The position numbers and the translations under genes were made by a program. The notes under the pieces are model-generated. The model had not been told where the DNA came from. It was given only the letters and a program-made list of their open reading frames with translations, and ran no database searches. A stretch of DNA of 63,529 nt, the filler included, from Rhizaria sp. SCN 62-66 (taxonomy: Eukaryota), in the NCBI GenBank assembly GCA_001724265.1. It is 3 parts of 3 records of this genome, joined end to end, with 100 filler letters (N's around TTAATTAATTAA, not from the genome) between each part and the next. Parts side by side here need not be neighbours in the genome. Positions count along the whole stretch, not along the records: positions 27,653 to 55,070 come from MEDY01000404.1; positions 55,171 to 63,529 come from MEDY01000586.1; 1 more part is not named here. One strand, written 5' to 3'. Shown one piece after another: positions 46,330 through 59,538 of the stretch. Numbering within the stretch: the stretch's first letter is position 1; each line of letters begins with the position of its first letter.

Positions 46330-46402
46330 GTGGCTTTAGCTCAGATGGTAGAGTATGCGCTTAGCATGCGCGGGGCAGGGGGATCAATGCCCCCAAGCTA
46401 CA
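46330..46402 (+). tRNA. tRNA-Ala(AGC)
   Basis: Acceptor GTGGCTT/AAGCTAC with G3:U70, TGCGC-TTAGCAT-GCGCG, eukaryotic Ala-type T-loop ATCAATG. Confidence 0.93.
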
Positions 46403-46782
46403 CACTTCTTTTGCACTTTTTTTGCCTCATCGCGCAGTTGCGACTCCACTTGATTCGTGCGCTCAGCTGGAACGAAGCGTGATTTTTTTTGCTTGGCACC
46501 GCACAAGCACTATTGTTTTGCAACAGGAAAAGATCTTAATAATCCCGTTTTGCGCGTTCAAAAAGTTAGGGTTGGTTGGTTGACCATGTCTGTGCATGTG
46601 TCAACTTCATGTCGCTGCAGCAAGCGCGAATGGACTCTGCCACAGGTGTGTCGTTAAAATTGAGTGATTGACAAAAATTCATGTTACAAGATACGTGTAT
46701 GGGTGTAGGTGGAGAGGATCAAGACAAAAAAAAAAAAATCCGACGCGCACGCGTTGGTATTAGAAAGGGCGGCAAAAAGAAA

Positions 46783-46854
46783 TGTACAGGTCGGGGTTTG
46801 AACCCGAGGCCCCTTCGTTGCGAACGAAGTACTCTACCGCTGAGCTACATGCAC
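46783..46854 (-). tRNA. tRNA-Ala(CGC)
   Basis: Acceptor GTGCATG/CCTGTAC (G3:U70, one mismatch), CTTCG-TTCGCAA-CGAAG, T-loop TTCAAAC. Confidence 0.9.
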
Positions 46855-49474
46855 AACATTACTTGATGTTCGGATGTCAGAAATTTTATTTACTTAATTC
46901 TTAAAACAGGCAGGCAGGCGAGATACTGGTCAATAGTAATGTTTCAAGTGTAAAAGCGATATCAGCATCACTTGAAGCATTTCCATAAACATATCCAAGA
47001 GCTTGCGTAGTTGAACTAATTAGCTCTGTTTGAGATAGAGGTTGATAACACTGCGTCACAAGTCATTGAGGCTCCTGTGACGGCAGCGAGTCATAACGCC
47101 TCTGAGCTGAGAGCGATGCGGTCAGACGAAATAAAACCGTCAGTGGCCATGCCCAGGTGGCGTCTAGCATTAATAACATAAACAAGTTGTGATATTGATA
47201 AGTCTGCAAGCTTACTTGTCTTTGCGCCTGTCAGCGGGAACGACGGCGTTCAAAATCATCTTGACCAGCTGTGAAACGCGTTACCTCAGCGAGAAGACGA
47301 AACATTTGGTATTCTTGATCAATTCTGAGTTATTGTATCATTGGGGATAGCAAAAAATGACTGTATTATCGAAGAACGAGTATAATTGAGCACGATTCGT
47401 AATCGCAAGCTCGATCAGGAAGAACTTGAACTTGAAGTGTGCTTGAAATTTTCTAACTGTCGATGTGAGACGAAAGCTGCGTCGATGAGATGGGGGCAAG
47501 AGTCAAGATCTATACGTTTTATCTCATGTGTCTTGATGATGCACCACTTGCAGATTTTGCAACTTGACTCGTGAAGCAAGGCAACACGAACAGAATCGCC
47601 AAATGTATGTCATGCAATGAAAAAAAATTAATCTATAAGTGCTTAAGCTCTGAGACAAAGAGACGTAAAACATGAGTTATATTAAACATAGCATATCATA
47701 TGCTTAATTTTCACAATCTGAGAGTCCGGTTATCTTTGTTGTTATCGGCTCTGAAGATGATCTTGGTACGACTGCGGCACGATCGAGCCTCCAGACAATT
47801 CTGTAAATCGTGAAAAGTAGGCAAAATAGAACGAAACGTTGGTAAAATTAATGTAGTCAATACTTACTGTAAAACTATACAAGATATCAAATTGTTGTCT
47901 TGTTTGACTTACATTGGCCTTGAAAACACATCAAACGTCCTAGGCGTGGGATTATTAATATTGGGGGATTTTAGGGATAAAAATGACTATTATTGTGCAT
48001 TTGACATCAGAACCTGCGCAATTTGAGCCTGAATAATAGCCCACAGCATAAAAACACAAATATCTTTTTGTGCTTTAGTATATTTTATAGCAGCCAACAT
48101 AAGCGTGATATATCAACTCAAATGTTCCTAATGTTCCTATTACGCCTGAAAAGTATTTGAAAATTTATTACATTGGAGCGGTACATTCCTGGATCTCAGA
48201 GAAAGCCAAAAGTTATTGTAGTATGTTGTTATACAATTAATCAAATATGTATGCCTTTTATAATCGATTTACACTCCTTATACAGGCAACTGAGTATGTT
48301 TTAAAGCAGTTGTAAGGATTGTTTTTCGTTACTACTGTTGTCTTTCTGGATATTCCCGACTTTACCGTGATTCATCTCAAGGAAAAAACACATGAGTTTA
48401 AATTTGTATGGGTATATAAATGTGTAAATAGTTAAAAAAATATCGTATTGACATATTGTTGATCTTGACACAAAGCTTAAAGACTATATGGGCTCGAGTT
48501 TCTTATGAAGTGTCAGTCGAATATCAAACAGAAGTACGACACAAACCCTACATTTTCAGAGGGATATAATCGTACAGTACATGTACATTCTTTTAAAAAT
48601 GCTTACACAGACATCTACGCGCTACAATAATAACCGCATAATGACAGTACTGTCCACATTCCTGGTGACTGCGGCAATCACTTGATCGGGTCGTCGCCGC
48701 TACTTTGGTTTAAGGCACTGTGTGCAACATCAAAATGCAAGTGGGTGATCTGTGTCGGTCGCAAACAGAAACAGCACATATAAGACCTAGCAGGAATTTG
48801 CACGTACGAGGCCTTTTAGTTGCGATCGAAACACTCTACCATTACACAGCCACTCGTGATCGCACTTTCACTATGTCACCTACAGTCTCACTTGAAGAGC
48901 ATCAATAACGACAACATAACTTGAAGTTATATCTTCAGCCGCCTAAAAAGCAGACTACATGACCTGAGGTGCAACAATCTCACGTTTACTTGTTGTAATC
49001 GACTGTTGGATGCGCTTACATGCGCTTACAAAGATGTATGAGTATGATATGATAAGCTAACAAACATAATATCATTATTTGGCATTCCGTCTCTTTCATT
49101 TACATGTTTCAGAAGACTCTTATGAGTGTCAATATTGGAAGACAGCGCGCTGCTTGCAGAGCTTCCTGAGACTTTAGCCGATGCTGCCACTAGCGCGACT
49201 GATGCGCGACTGATGCGCGCTAGGATGCTTGTGACAGTCGAGGCAGTGCCGCGGACGCAATCGTGGCTGTCCTGACATCTGCGAAGCCGCAAAGACTGCA
49301 CTCGGACACAAAGAGTGGAACAGAGGAGGTAGCACAGGTGGGGGCGGAGTGCAGCGGAGCGGGGTTGGACCGCGGCAGAGCGCGAACAGCGACTGAGTGT
49401 CAGGCAGCGCCAACGGGAGCAAAATGAAAGCGCACGGGGCCTAAAGGCGCCAAGGAGGCCGAATATAAAAAAAA

Positions 49475-49547
49475 TAGTCCTACTGGGGGTCGAACCCAGG
49501 ACCATTGGCTTATTAGACCAATGCTCATACCACTGAGCTATAGAACT
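49475..49547 (-). tRNA. tRNA-Ile(AAT)
   Basis: Inverted identical copy of 43526-43598. Confidence 0.95.
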
Positions 49548-49681
49548 GTTCACTTGTTTCTTAAGAACTTGTAAGAGACTTCAGAATGTTCACTTGCTAG
49601 AGCACGCTTGTTACGCTTGTTCTTGCTTGCGACTGGTGACATCATAGTAGGGATGAATGGAAAGGGCAAAAAAAAAGAGAA

Positions 49682-49763
49682 TGTGTCGAACGGGGTTCGA
49701 ACCCGCGCGTCCGGAGACATTAGAACCTGAATCTAACGATTTAAACCACTTATCTATCGACAC
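49682..49763 (-). tRNA. tRNA-Leu(CAG)
   Basis: Inverted identical copy of 45517-45598. Confidence 0.95.
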
Positions 49764-50955
49764 TTTGAAGCGACTTCTTGTTCCTGAAACCTGAATTTAA
49801 AATATTTTAATTTGTTAAAGAATACACAAAATTAAGCTTATCTCTTTATATATGTTGATTTACGTTGGTTATAATGAGAAACTAGTATTTTTACGCTTGT
49901 TTTCATACTTAACAAAACTTTTTTATCGAAACAAGGACTCTCTTCAAAGGAATCCAGTAGTCAGTCAGCTGGGGCTGGATGACTGCAGACTGAAACAACA
50001 TGTTACCAAGGATATATTTTTGAAATCATTATAGATAGATCTGAAATGTGCAATAAATGTAGAAACATGCATATTCGAACTGGTTTCAGCGCGATACTTG
50101 CATTTGCAGCAGTTATGTAAGGAAAAATCACATAAAGATTATAATGTTGTAGTCTCGCTGACACCGCCGGCAACGAAGATCAAGTGGTCTACAAGATGCT
50201 TGATTAATTCGCAAAAGTGTCAAATCACTTTTTGCGTCAAGAGACCCGCTTCAACTCAAAAGCGCTTTCATAAGACCAACTTGCACTAGTCGAAACCTGA
50301 CCTATCCTATTAATACTGTACACTGTAGTACTAAAAAGTACTACTACTAGTAGTAGTACTGAGTACAAGTACCAGTACAGTACTGTACGTTGTACGTACG
50401 TGTCACTGTTCGATCAAGTTGCGCTCACTTGTGTCATGAGTGGATTTGGAGTCTGTCTTGCTGCTTCACCATCATCATGAGTGTCGCCACCAGGGTCCTA
50501 CTACTTTAGTATTAATAGTATTCATGGACAGTACTTGCTGTAACAAGACTCCAGTCGAGATGTTGCAGCTGCTCCTGCCTCTGGTCGAGCTAGAACTGGA
50601 GCAATTGCTCATGCTGCTGCCATTGCTGGTGTTGCTGCTTTGAGAATTGATTGAGTGTGTTGGCCTCTTCAAATACGCTCGCTCTTGCACGGTTTTAAGA
50701 ATGATGAGGCTGTGATTGTGCCTACCGCTTCGACAGCTGCGGCGGAGTATGATCGCGATTTCAAGATGCGAGAAAGTGCGAGTGCTGACAGCGTATCTGT
50801 TGCGTGGTGTAGATGATATCAGCGATTGAGACACATCGCAACATACGCGTGATGTGTGAGGAAGCATCGCGACTATCACCAAAAAAGAAATGTGTGTAAG
50901 CTCCACCTCCTGCGGTTGTGCGAAGGCCGCTATGGGCGCAAAAAAAAAAGAAGAA

Positions 50956-51037
50956 TGTGTCGAACGGGGTTCGAACCCGCGCGTCCGGAGACATTAGAAC
51001 CTGAATCTAACGATTTAAACCACTTATCTATCGACAC
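50956..51037 (-). tRNA. tRNA-Leu(CAG)
   Basis: Third identical copy. Confidence 0.95.
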
Positions 51038-51937
51038 TACTGATGCTTTTTAAGCACTTCGTGGGGTTTCGACCCGGATTTTAGCTATAGAAACAATTAA
51101 TTTTACAAACTTTAACAGGATATATCTCGGCAATAATACAGCTGTTGAATGTTTTTACTTTATTTTTACATTTAAAAAAAGGATTTATTTGTTATATCTT
51201 TGAATTGACTTAAAAAAATCACATCTTAAAGATGTATAGACAAGTGAAACCAAGAGAGAACACCAACTTTTGTGAAACACTATTTTTTACGTTTATCTCA
51301 AAAATATTCACCGAGAGTAACTTGTTTAATGTAGGTAACTCACATTAACAATGTATGTTACAATGAATATTTAAGTTTGATGTGATATCCATAAGATCCA
51401 ATTGCACAGTGATCTTATAATCATCATAAATGTCACTCGTAACAAACGTGCAAGTTGATGTTAAAGACATCAGTGCGCCTTGAATATGGAGTTAATAACG
51501 CAAATAACATCCAATTCAGACAATTTTGACGCTTGTAAAAACAACCTGCTCCCAAATGTGACTCGACTTAGATTTTATACTGCCGAGAACAGCTCTCGTA
51601 GGAGAACTCACCCAATCATGACCGCATTGCTGCCAGTCTCAACGGTGAATTTTGACATGGATTCGTCGCTTGAATGATCACCAGAATCAAGACGCGCACT
51701 AAAATCATCAAGATCAGGTTTGGTTTTGTTGATCTAAAGTCAGTTCATGTTGTTACGCAGCCGTTGCGTCAACTAGGCATGTGAGTCCGAAATAACACAG
51801 CACTTTTGACGAGGATAAGCATACGTATGAATCAGTTTAACGCAAAAAGATATCAAGAACATTTAGCAGTAGCAAAATGCACGAAGCAGGTGGAGGCGCG
51901 ATTGCGCGAAGAGGCAAAAAAAGTGCAAAAAGAAGTG

Positions 51938-52010
51938 TGTAGCTTGGGGGCATTGATCCCCCTGCCCCGCGCATGCTAAGCGCATACTCTACCATCTGAG
52001 CTAAAGCCAC
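51938..52010 (-). tRNA. tRNA-Ala(AGC)
   Basis: Inverted identical copy of 46330-46402 with homologous flanks. Confidence 0.93.
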
Positions 52011-52452
52011 TGTACTGTTGTCAGTTTTACTTAACAATTGGAAAAAGAAAGCGAAATAACGATTTCTTGGTGCATAAGGCAAAATCTAGTACTTAAATAG
52101 TAAAATTTATTTATAATGAAAGTGTGAAAGTTATCAACGCACACTATACTCCACTTAAACCTGCCTAAAATCTACCCTCCACTCATTCTTCTCCATCTGA
52201 ATCACGAACAAAAATATGTCTTAAATCGTTTAAAATTAACTTAAACTCTCCCAGCAATGGGGTTTACAGTCCACAAGCGTAACATTACGAATCAGAAACT
52301 GAGATGAATGTGTATTGATAATATCTCTGACAGGAGATGTGCAAAAAAGAGTAATTAATAGTTCAGATATATCTCAGTATAAGTGCAAACGTAGCCTCAC
52401 GCATTCAAAAAACGCGCTTACCTCAGTCAAACTTTCGGATCTTTACAAACGT

Positions 52453-55070
52453 TTACCAACCACGCTTGACAGCAACCCGCGGAGCCTCAGCTTCGGTCGG
52501 CGGAGCCCGGTTGGACGAAGTATTCGCGGGTGGGGGCGCCACAGCCTCAGTCTCACGCACACGCACACCTGCGCCACTGTCGTTGCCGCTGCTGTTGTCA
52601 CCATCATTGTTGTGATCCTGGTCCTCCTCGGCCGCGGCTGCCGCGGCAGCCTGGTGGTCGGCGAGCGTCTCGACCAGCGCGGCCGTGGCGTAGACCTGCT
52701 TCTCCACGCCTTCGAGCACGCGGCGCTGCGCACGCGCAGCGTCCTTGGCCGCCGCAGCCGCCGCCTCGACTTTGTCGCCGCGCGCGTTAAGCGCCGCCGT
52801 GAAGGCCGCGTCGGCGTCGCCGGCCTTGCGCTCGTACAGCTGGACGGCCGCGGCCACGGTGTCGAGCAGCGAGACCGCGGCGGCGCGCTCGCGGTCAAAC
52901 GCCTCCGCAAAGCGCACGACTTCACGGCGGCGCGCGGCGACAAGCTCCAGCGCGGCGGCCAGCTCATCGCGCTTGGCGTCAGCCGCGGCTACGGCGGCGC
53001 GCAGCTCGGCCGCGAGCTCGGCCGCGCGCGGGGACAGCGCCGCCAGCGCGGCGACGGACCCGCTGCTGCTGACGCTGGGCGCAACCGCGGCGGCGGCGGC
53101 GGCGGCGGCGCTGACTCCGGTCTGCTCGCTCTGGTCCACGGGCTGCTGCTGCAGCTGCTGCTGGCGCGCGGCCTCGGCGGCCTCAGCGGCGGCGAGCACC
53201 TTGTCCACGAGCACGTCGACGTCGTAGCGGTCGCGCAGCTGCGCCAGGCGCCGCGTGCGCTCGCCCGCGACGGACTCGAGCGCAGTCCGCTCGGCTGCAG
53301 CGGCCAGCAGCAGCGCGCCCGCGTCCGTCTCCCTCTTGCTCTGCTGGCTCCCGCTCGCCGCAGCCGAACTCGACTTCGCTGTCGCCGTCGCAGCCGCCGC
53401 GCCACTGCCGCTGCCGCTGCCGCTGCCAGTCGCGGCCGAGGAGGCGACGGCGGGCGGCGCGCCGGCGATGGTGGCGATGGCGGCCTCGAGCGCGTGCAGC
53501 CGCGTCTTGGCGGCGCCGACAGTTGCCACGAGCTCCCTGGTCTCGCCGCTCAGCGCCCGCAACAGCCCGCCCTGCTCGCCACCGCCACCGCCCACAGCAG
53601 CGGCCTCGGAGGAGAGGATGGCGCGCTGCACGCGCGGCGGCAGCGCGGCGAAGTCGCCTGCGAACCGCGGCAGCGCGTCTGCGCCCGTCGTGTGCACCGT
53701 GGGGGAGAACTCCAGCAGCGTCTGCGCGCTGGGCCCGCTGCGCGCAGACGCCGCCGACGCAGCAGCAGCAGGCGCAGTCGCGGCGGCGGTGGACTCGGCG
53801 CTGGAGCCGCCGGCGAAGCGGATGAGGCTCAGGAGCTTGCGGAGAGCGCCGCCCTTGCTCTTGCTGCCGTCACGCGCGGCGGCGGCGGCCGCAGCGGCGG
53901 CGCTGGCAGCAGCGGCGGCGGCGGACGCGGCAGACGCAGCGGCGGCGGCGGCCGCGACAGGATGCGCGTGCGCGTCGGCGTGGTCGTTGAGGTTGTCAAT
54001 GTGGCTCGCCCCACTGCCAGTGGCAGCGTTGCCGCTAGAGCCGGAGCCTGCACCGCTACTCTTGCCGCTGCCGCTGCCGGTCTGCGCGGGCACCTTCTTC
54101 GCAGCCTCGCTCGCGGCTGCGGCGGCCGCGGCGGAGACGCCGGCGGCCGCGTCCGGCGACGGCAACGCAGGCCGCGCGCGCCACGAGTTGTCCGAGAACG
54201 TGAACGCGAAGTGGCACTCCTCGGGCGCGTGCACAGTCCCAGTCGCAGTCCCGGCAGGAGCCCCGGCCGCGGCGCTCTTGCTCTTGCCGGTGCCGGTGGT
54301 GTCGGCATTGTTGGCGGCGGTCGCCGGGTCAGCCAAGTGCGCGTGAGGCAGGTTCGTGCTCTCGGCCGCCGTCCCCGCGCCGCCCGTGCCTGAAGCAGCC
54401 GCAGCCGGAGCTAGACCTGAGGCTGAGGATAAGGTCGGGGCGACGGGGGTGCCAACGTCAGGGATGGGGCCCAGAGGCGTCGCGTTATGCATGTTCATCC
54501 CTGCAGCGCCGACAGCAGCGGCGGTGGCGGCGGCGGCAGCGGCGGCGCCCTCATGCGGCGGGGGCACCGCGGGGACGGTGTGGAGCGCGGTGTAGAGCAG
54601 CGACTGCTGCTGGTGCTGCGCCGAGTAAGGGTGCGCGGCGGGCACGGCGGCTGTACGCGACCACGACATGCCCTGCTCCTTGATGATCTCGAGCTTGCGC
54701 TCGTGGCTCAGCGCCGAGTACGTCAGATAGTCGTCCTCGGCGGCGGCGGCCGCGGCGGCGTCAGCGGCCTCGTACACGTCGAGCGCGGCCTCGACCGCGG
54801 CGGCCTCGCCGGCTTCGGCCTCAGCCGACAGCACCGCCGCCGCCGCAGCGTCTGCCTCGGCCGCTGCGCTCGCCGCCGCGCGCGCCGCCGCCAGCGCCGC
54901 GCCCTGCGCCGCCTCCTCGCCCGCAACGCCCGCATCCGCGCCCGCGTCCGCGCTGACGTCGGCCTCTGCAATGTCGGCGTCGGGGTCGATGTCGATGTCC
55001 ACGTCCCCATCGCCATCGTCGACGTACACCGGGTGACCGGGCGGCGCGCGCGGTGCCCCGGCGCGGCGCG
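52453..55070 (-). CDS. 3' part of a large Ala-rich coiled-coil protein (5' end lost in gap; may continue the 57143 gene)
   Basis: >850-codon open frame from the gap to TAA at 52453. Confidence 0.75.
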
Positions 55071-55170
55071 NNNNNNNNNNNNNNNNNNNNNNNNNNNNNN
55101 NNNNNNNNNNNNNNTTAATTAATTAANNNNNNNNNNNNNNNNNNNNNNNNNNNNNNNNNNNNNNNNNNNN
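55071..55170. other. Assembly gap with artificial six-frame stop linker
   Basis: 100-nt block of Ns with TTAATTAATTAA at 55115-55126. Confidence 0.95.
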
Positions 55171-56359
55171 GCCGCGGCCACGGCCGCCGCGTAGGCCCGC
55201 GCGCGCGCCGCCTCGGCCCGGAGCGCCACGCCCAGACGCGTGCGCCGCGCGCGGGCCAGCGCGGCGGCCGCGGCCAGGAGCCGGCGAGCACGGGCCAGGA
55301 AGGCGTGCACCTGGCCGGGTGCAACGGTCAGCAGCAGCAGCGCGGGCGACAGCGACCCGCCGGGCGTGGGCGCGGGCGCGGGCGCTGGGGCAAAGCTGTT
55401 ATAGCTATGTTGCTGGTGCGCTTGTTGTTGCTGGGGGTCCTGAGCGAGCGCGGCCTCCGCGTCCGCGGCCGCGGCGGCGACGGCCCTAGCGTCGGCGGCC
55501 CGGAGCGTTCCTGCGCCGGCGCGCTCGCGCTCCAGCGTGTCGGCCAGCGCGGCCAGGTGGGACTGCAGCCGCGCGCCGTGCCGCAGCAGCGCGGCCGCGG
55601 TCGCCGCGGCGGCGCGCAGCGAGCCCGTGTAGAGCGGCACCAGGCGGCGCAGCGACGGCGGGAACGACGACTGCGACGACTGCAAAGATTGTGAGTGTGA
55701 AGACTGTAGCTATGACTGTGAGCACGGGCGGGAGCAGCGGGGGCAGCAGCAGGCAAGCGAAGAAACAGCGTTGTTGCTGCTGCTGTTGTTGTTGTTGTTG
55801 TTATTGTTGTTGTTGTTGTTGTTGTTGTTGCAATCACGCTTTGCAGTGGCAGCAGTCGTGGCAGCCTCTTCTTCTTCGGCCTCTAAAAAGGCCCGCAGCA
55901 ACCGCCGCTGGTCGCGCCGCTGCTGTTGCCGCTGACCGAGAGTCTGACCGTCAGCGTCGATATGAGCGAGACTAATGCCGTCGTCATCGTCACTACCTTT
56001 GTCGTCGCCACTATCGTCGGCGTTTTCGTCATAGTAAGCTCGGATGCTGTGACTAACATTCGCGTTCACATAGAAACTCAACGAACACCCCTCACACACA
56101 ACGACAATATTGTGACTCCCATGACTGTCGGCGCCCCTCTCGCCGACGTCGCCCGCAGCCCCCGCGGCCGCGTGTTCCCGCCACGCCCACTCGCGCGCGA
56201 GCCGGCCCAGCCGCGCGGCCTCGGCGGCGCACGGCGCGAGCCCCAGTGCGCGCAGGCGCCCCGCGAGCGCGGCGACGCGGCCGGCCACGGCGCCCAGCGC
56301 GGCAGCCAGCGCGCTCGAGTGCGCCAGCGAGACGGCCGCCGCGCGCTGCAGCGCCACGC

Positions 56360-56406
<47 letters not shown>

Positions 56407-57143
56407 CCGCGCAGCAGCCGCGACAGCGACGGCGACGGTGGCAGCAACGGCGAGAACTCGGACATGTGCGGAGACGTGTACGGGGACACGGAGCGGTGTA
56501 CGGCTGAGCTGGGGCGGGAAGGCCTGTTCGCGTTGCGTCCATGACCGTTGTAGCCGCTGTCGTAGCTGTCGTTGTACGCCTGTGTGGCGCTATTATTGCT
56601 GTTGCTGTATTGGGCGTTGCCAGCGCTTTTAATGTAGAGCTTCGGCTGTGAGTATGCCGTGTTGTCTCGGCTGCTGATGCTCATGCTGACGCTCCCGCTG
56701 CCACTCTGGGCCTTGAAGGCGCGCTCCTCGAGCCGGGCGATGAGACTGCGGTCGGCGGCCTGGGCGGCGCGCGCGCTGCTGCTGCTAGCGCCGCTATAGC
56801 CCTTGCCGCTCGCTGCCCTGGCATCACTGGTGCCCGCGTTGAGCGCCGTGGCCGCCGTGGCCGCCATGTAGGCCGCGGGCCCGCGCTGCGTGAGCGAGCG
56901 CGCGTGGCCGCGCAACGGCACCGGCCCGCGCGCGCCCAGCACCGTGTGGTAGTGCCCGTCGTTGCGGGTGCCTGGCGCGAGCGGCTGCTGGCGGCCGGGG
57001 GCGGCGCTGGCGGGGCGTACTGCAGTGAACGCGGCGGCGGATGCAGAAGTGAGGGGCGCCGACCAGTCTGCGGGCACGGGCGCTGGCGCGGGACCGCGGG
57101 GCGCGGAGAAGCCGGGGCCGCCTGGGCCCGGACGCGCGGACAT
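55171..57143 (-). CDS. 5' part of a low-complexity protein of unknown function; in-frame TAG at 55710-55712
   Basis: Track ORFs 55710-57143 and 55119-55685 share one frame separated only by TAG; open into the gap. Confidence 0.7.
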
Positions 57144-57644
57144 AGGCGCAGATAGCGGCGGTCAAAGTTTGCAAAGTATCGCTTAAGAACTGCGACGATT
57201 GCTGCGTGTGCCAGACTGCGTTGCGGTGTAAGGAAGGAGACAGTAAGTCGAGCGGAAACGGCCCGTGAGATAAGAGCAAAAATACATCCATAGACGGACT
57301 TTAATCGAAAAGCAAAAACAATAATAGAATTAAAATAGCTGCACATGTCATACGATCAGTGAAATTCCCCGTTGACGGACTCCTCACTTCGCTGGCCACA
57401 CTAACACGAGTTGAAACACAGCTTAGAAGTGGCGCAACGAAGACCAGCAACGGCTCCAATGCAACGCACAAACGTATGTGTGACTATAACTGGTTGTTTT
57501 GTATGATGTAGAACATATCAACACAACAAACTAACGTAAAAATCGATGTTACATATCACATACCAAAATTTAACAAAATACTTTGACATAACAGTAAACA
57601 AAATCCTTCTTCTTGACAGACTAGGCACTGCTCGCGCTTTTGCC

Positions 57645-58664
57645 TTAGGCGTTCTTGGCCTTGCTGGCGCCGGGCATGGTGAGCGTGAAATACTTCATGT
57701 CGCCGAGCGGGCGCGGCGACACGGCGGCCTTGATGGCGAAGGCGAGCGCGAACACGATGCACACGATGCCGACGATGATATAAGCCCAGCCCAGGAAGGT
57801 GTTGCGGCCGCCGACCCAGGTCAGCGTCGACAGCACCACGCTCTTGGTCCCGTCGTAGCTCGCCGAGTCGAACGCGTTGTCGACGGTGACGGTGAGCTTG
57901 GAGCCCTTGGGCAGCGAGCGGTCGATGACGGCGTAGAGCTTGCGGAAGGTCGACAGCGAGGCCGTGCGCATCCACACCATGAGGTGCTGGTCGTTGAGGT
58001 ACGGCAGCTGGCCGCGCGGGCCGTCGCGCGTCAGCGACGACGGCAGCGGCGTCGGCGGCAGGTACAGGTCCTTGAACTTGACGTCGATGTCCGAGGCCCA
58101 GGCGATGTTGGTCTCGTCCCAGTTGCTGTCGGCGAGCGGCACTGCGGGCGCCAGCGTGCCGTCGTCCTGCATGAGCTCCACCTCGGCAGTGAACTTGTCG
58201 TTGAAGAAGGAGTTGGCGACAAGCCCGCAGGGGTAGAGCGTCTTGCCGTCCCAGTTCTCCAGCGGGTCGCAGCTCGAGCTGGCGCTGCCCTCGCCCGAGA
58301 GCTGCTCGTCGGAGCGCGACTTGACGTACCGGCGGTGGTTTTGGAAGAAGTTAGTGAGCTTGTAGTAGAAGTACACGGGTCCCTCCATCTTGTCCTCGAT
58401 GTCGAGCGTGACGGAGCACGTCGCCGCGGAGCCGCAAACGGCGTCGTAGCGCTGCTCGACCTCGACGACGTCGCCCGAGGCGGCCAGCACAGCGGCGCCG
58501 ATGGGGATGAAGGCGATGCCGATGATGAGGAACGTCAAGATGACCCACTTGGGAGTCAGAATCGGCTGCCACGCGCGCAGGCGCTGTTGGCGGAAGTCCG
58601 TGTCCTCGGGCTTCGTGCGCTCGCTGTCGCGCGCCGCGTCGGCGCCGGCGGCAGGGTCAGACAT
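57645..58664 (-). CDS. CDC50: CDC50/LEM3 family flippase beta subunit
   Basis: FRQQRLRAWQPILTP, YYKLTNFFQNHRRYVKSRSDEQL, YPCGLVANSFFND, HLMVWMRTA, WVGGRNTFLG; ends TAA. Confidence 0.96.
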   Translation of the reverse strand: MSDPAAGADAARDSERTKPEDTDFRQQRLRAWQPILTPKWVILTFLIIGIAFIPIGAAVLAASGDVVEVEQRYDAVCGSAATCSVTLDIEDKMEGPVYFYYKLTNFFQNHRRYVKSRSDEQLSGEGSASSSCDPLENWDGKTLYPCGLVANSFFNDKFTAEVELMQDDGTLAPAVPLADSNWDETNIAWASDIDVKFKDLYLPPTPLPSSLTRDGPRGQLPYLNDQHLMVWMRTASLSTFRKLYAVIDRSLPKGSKLTVTVDNAFDSASYDGTKSVVLSTLTWVGGRNTFLGWAYIIVGIVCIVFALAFAIKAAVSPRPLGDMKYFTLTMPGASKAKNA

Positions 58665-59538
58665 GATCGCAGCGGAGCAGAGTTAAGTGTTGTTTGAGAC
58701 TGGAGGGGTGCGCTCACAGACGTGGAGGCAAGAGTGGAGTTTGCTTGTTTAGGAGATTAAAAAGAAAAGGTGGTCTATGCTTAGACACGAGCGTGGTGGT
58801 ATTGTTGATGTTGAGGGGTCAGAGTGCGAATGAAGATATCGGACGCAATACAAACAACGAAAGTTTTGTTGTTCGCGGTGGGCAGTGAGAGAGTGAAAAA
58901 GAAAGGGAAGAAAGGGTTTAGTGAGATGAGGGTTGATATTGGAGAGGAGAAACATGTAGAGCGTAAATAAACTATAGATGTCGCATGTAATGAGAGTGGT
59001 CACAGTGTCGAGCAGAGAGAGTGGCGCGAGTGAGAAGCTGTCGAAAGAGGGGGAACGTTGGGCTAGCGAGAAGCGAGTCATTCGAGTGCTCAAACACAAT
59101 TGCAGAGGACCGAAACGTCCGTCAAGCAAGAAGAAACAAACACCACGCAAAACTATACTGTGCCTCATAGCTTATATATAGCGGCGGAGAAAAATAGAGC
59201 CTCATATGATGCCTGCCAGATGTGTTTAGGTCGACTCGACGACGCTCTGACCGAGACCCAGTCGCCGCTGGAGAGGAAAGTAAGCCGCACCTGGCGAAGG
59301 CCCGTTACCTTGAATATCTCAATATATAAGTTATATTTACAAATTCTATAAGTACCTCAGCGTAGTTCCTCTTTGCTAAAATATCATACTCCGGTTTTAC
59401 TTCTTAAGTCCCTTGTTTGAGTGTGTATTATCGCCTCCCCGCGCCGACGCCGCAGCCCGTTCTCTGCTGCGCTTCCTACATCGCCTTCATACCGCTGCCA
59501 CAGCGCGCTGCGCCTCGCCAGCGCCCCTATTAGACCCC

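Noticed and set aside
41121-52082. Short ORFs in the tRNA island and long 3' region
   Set aside because: AT-rich, lack the genome's codon bias, have no domains, and several simply overlap tRNAs
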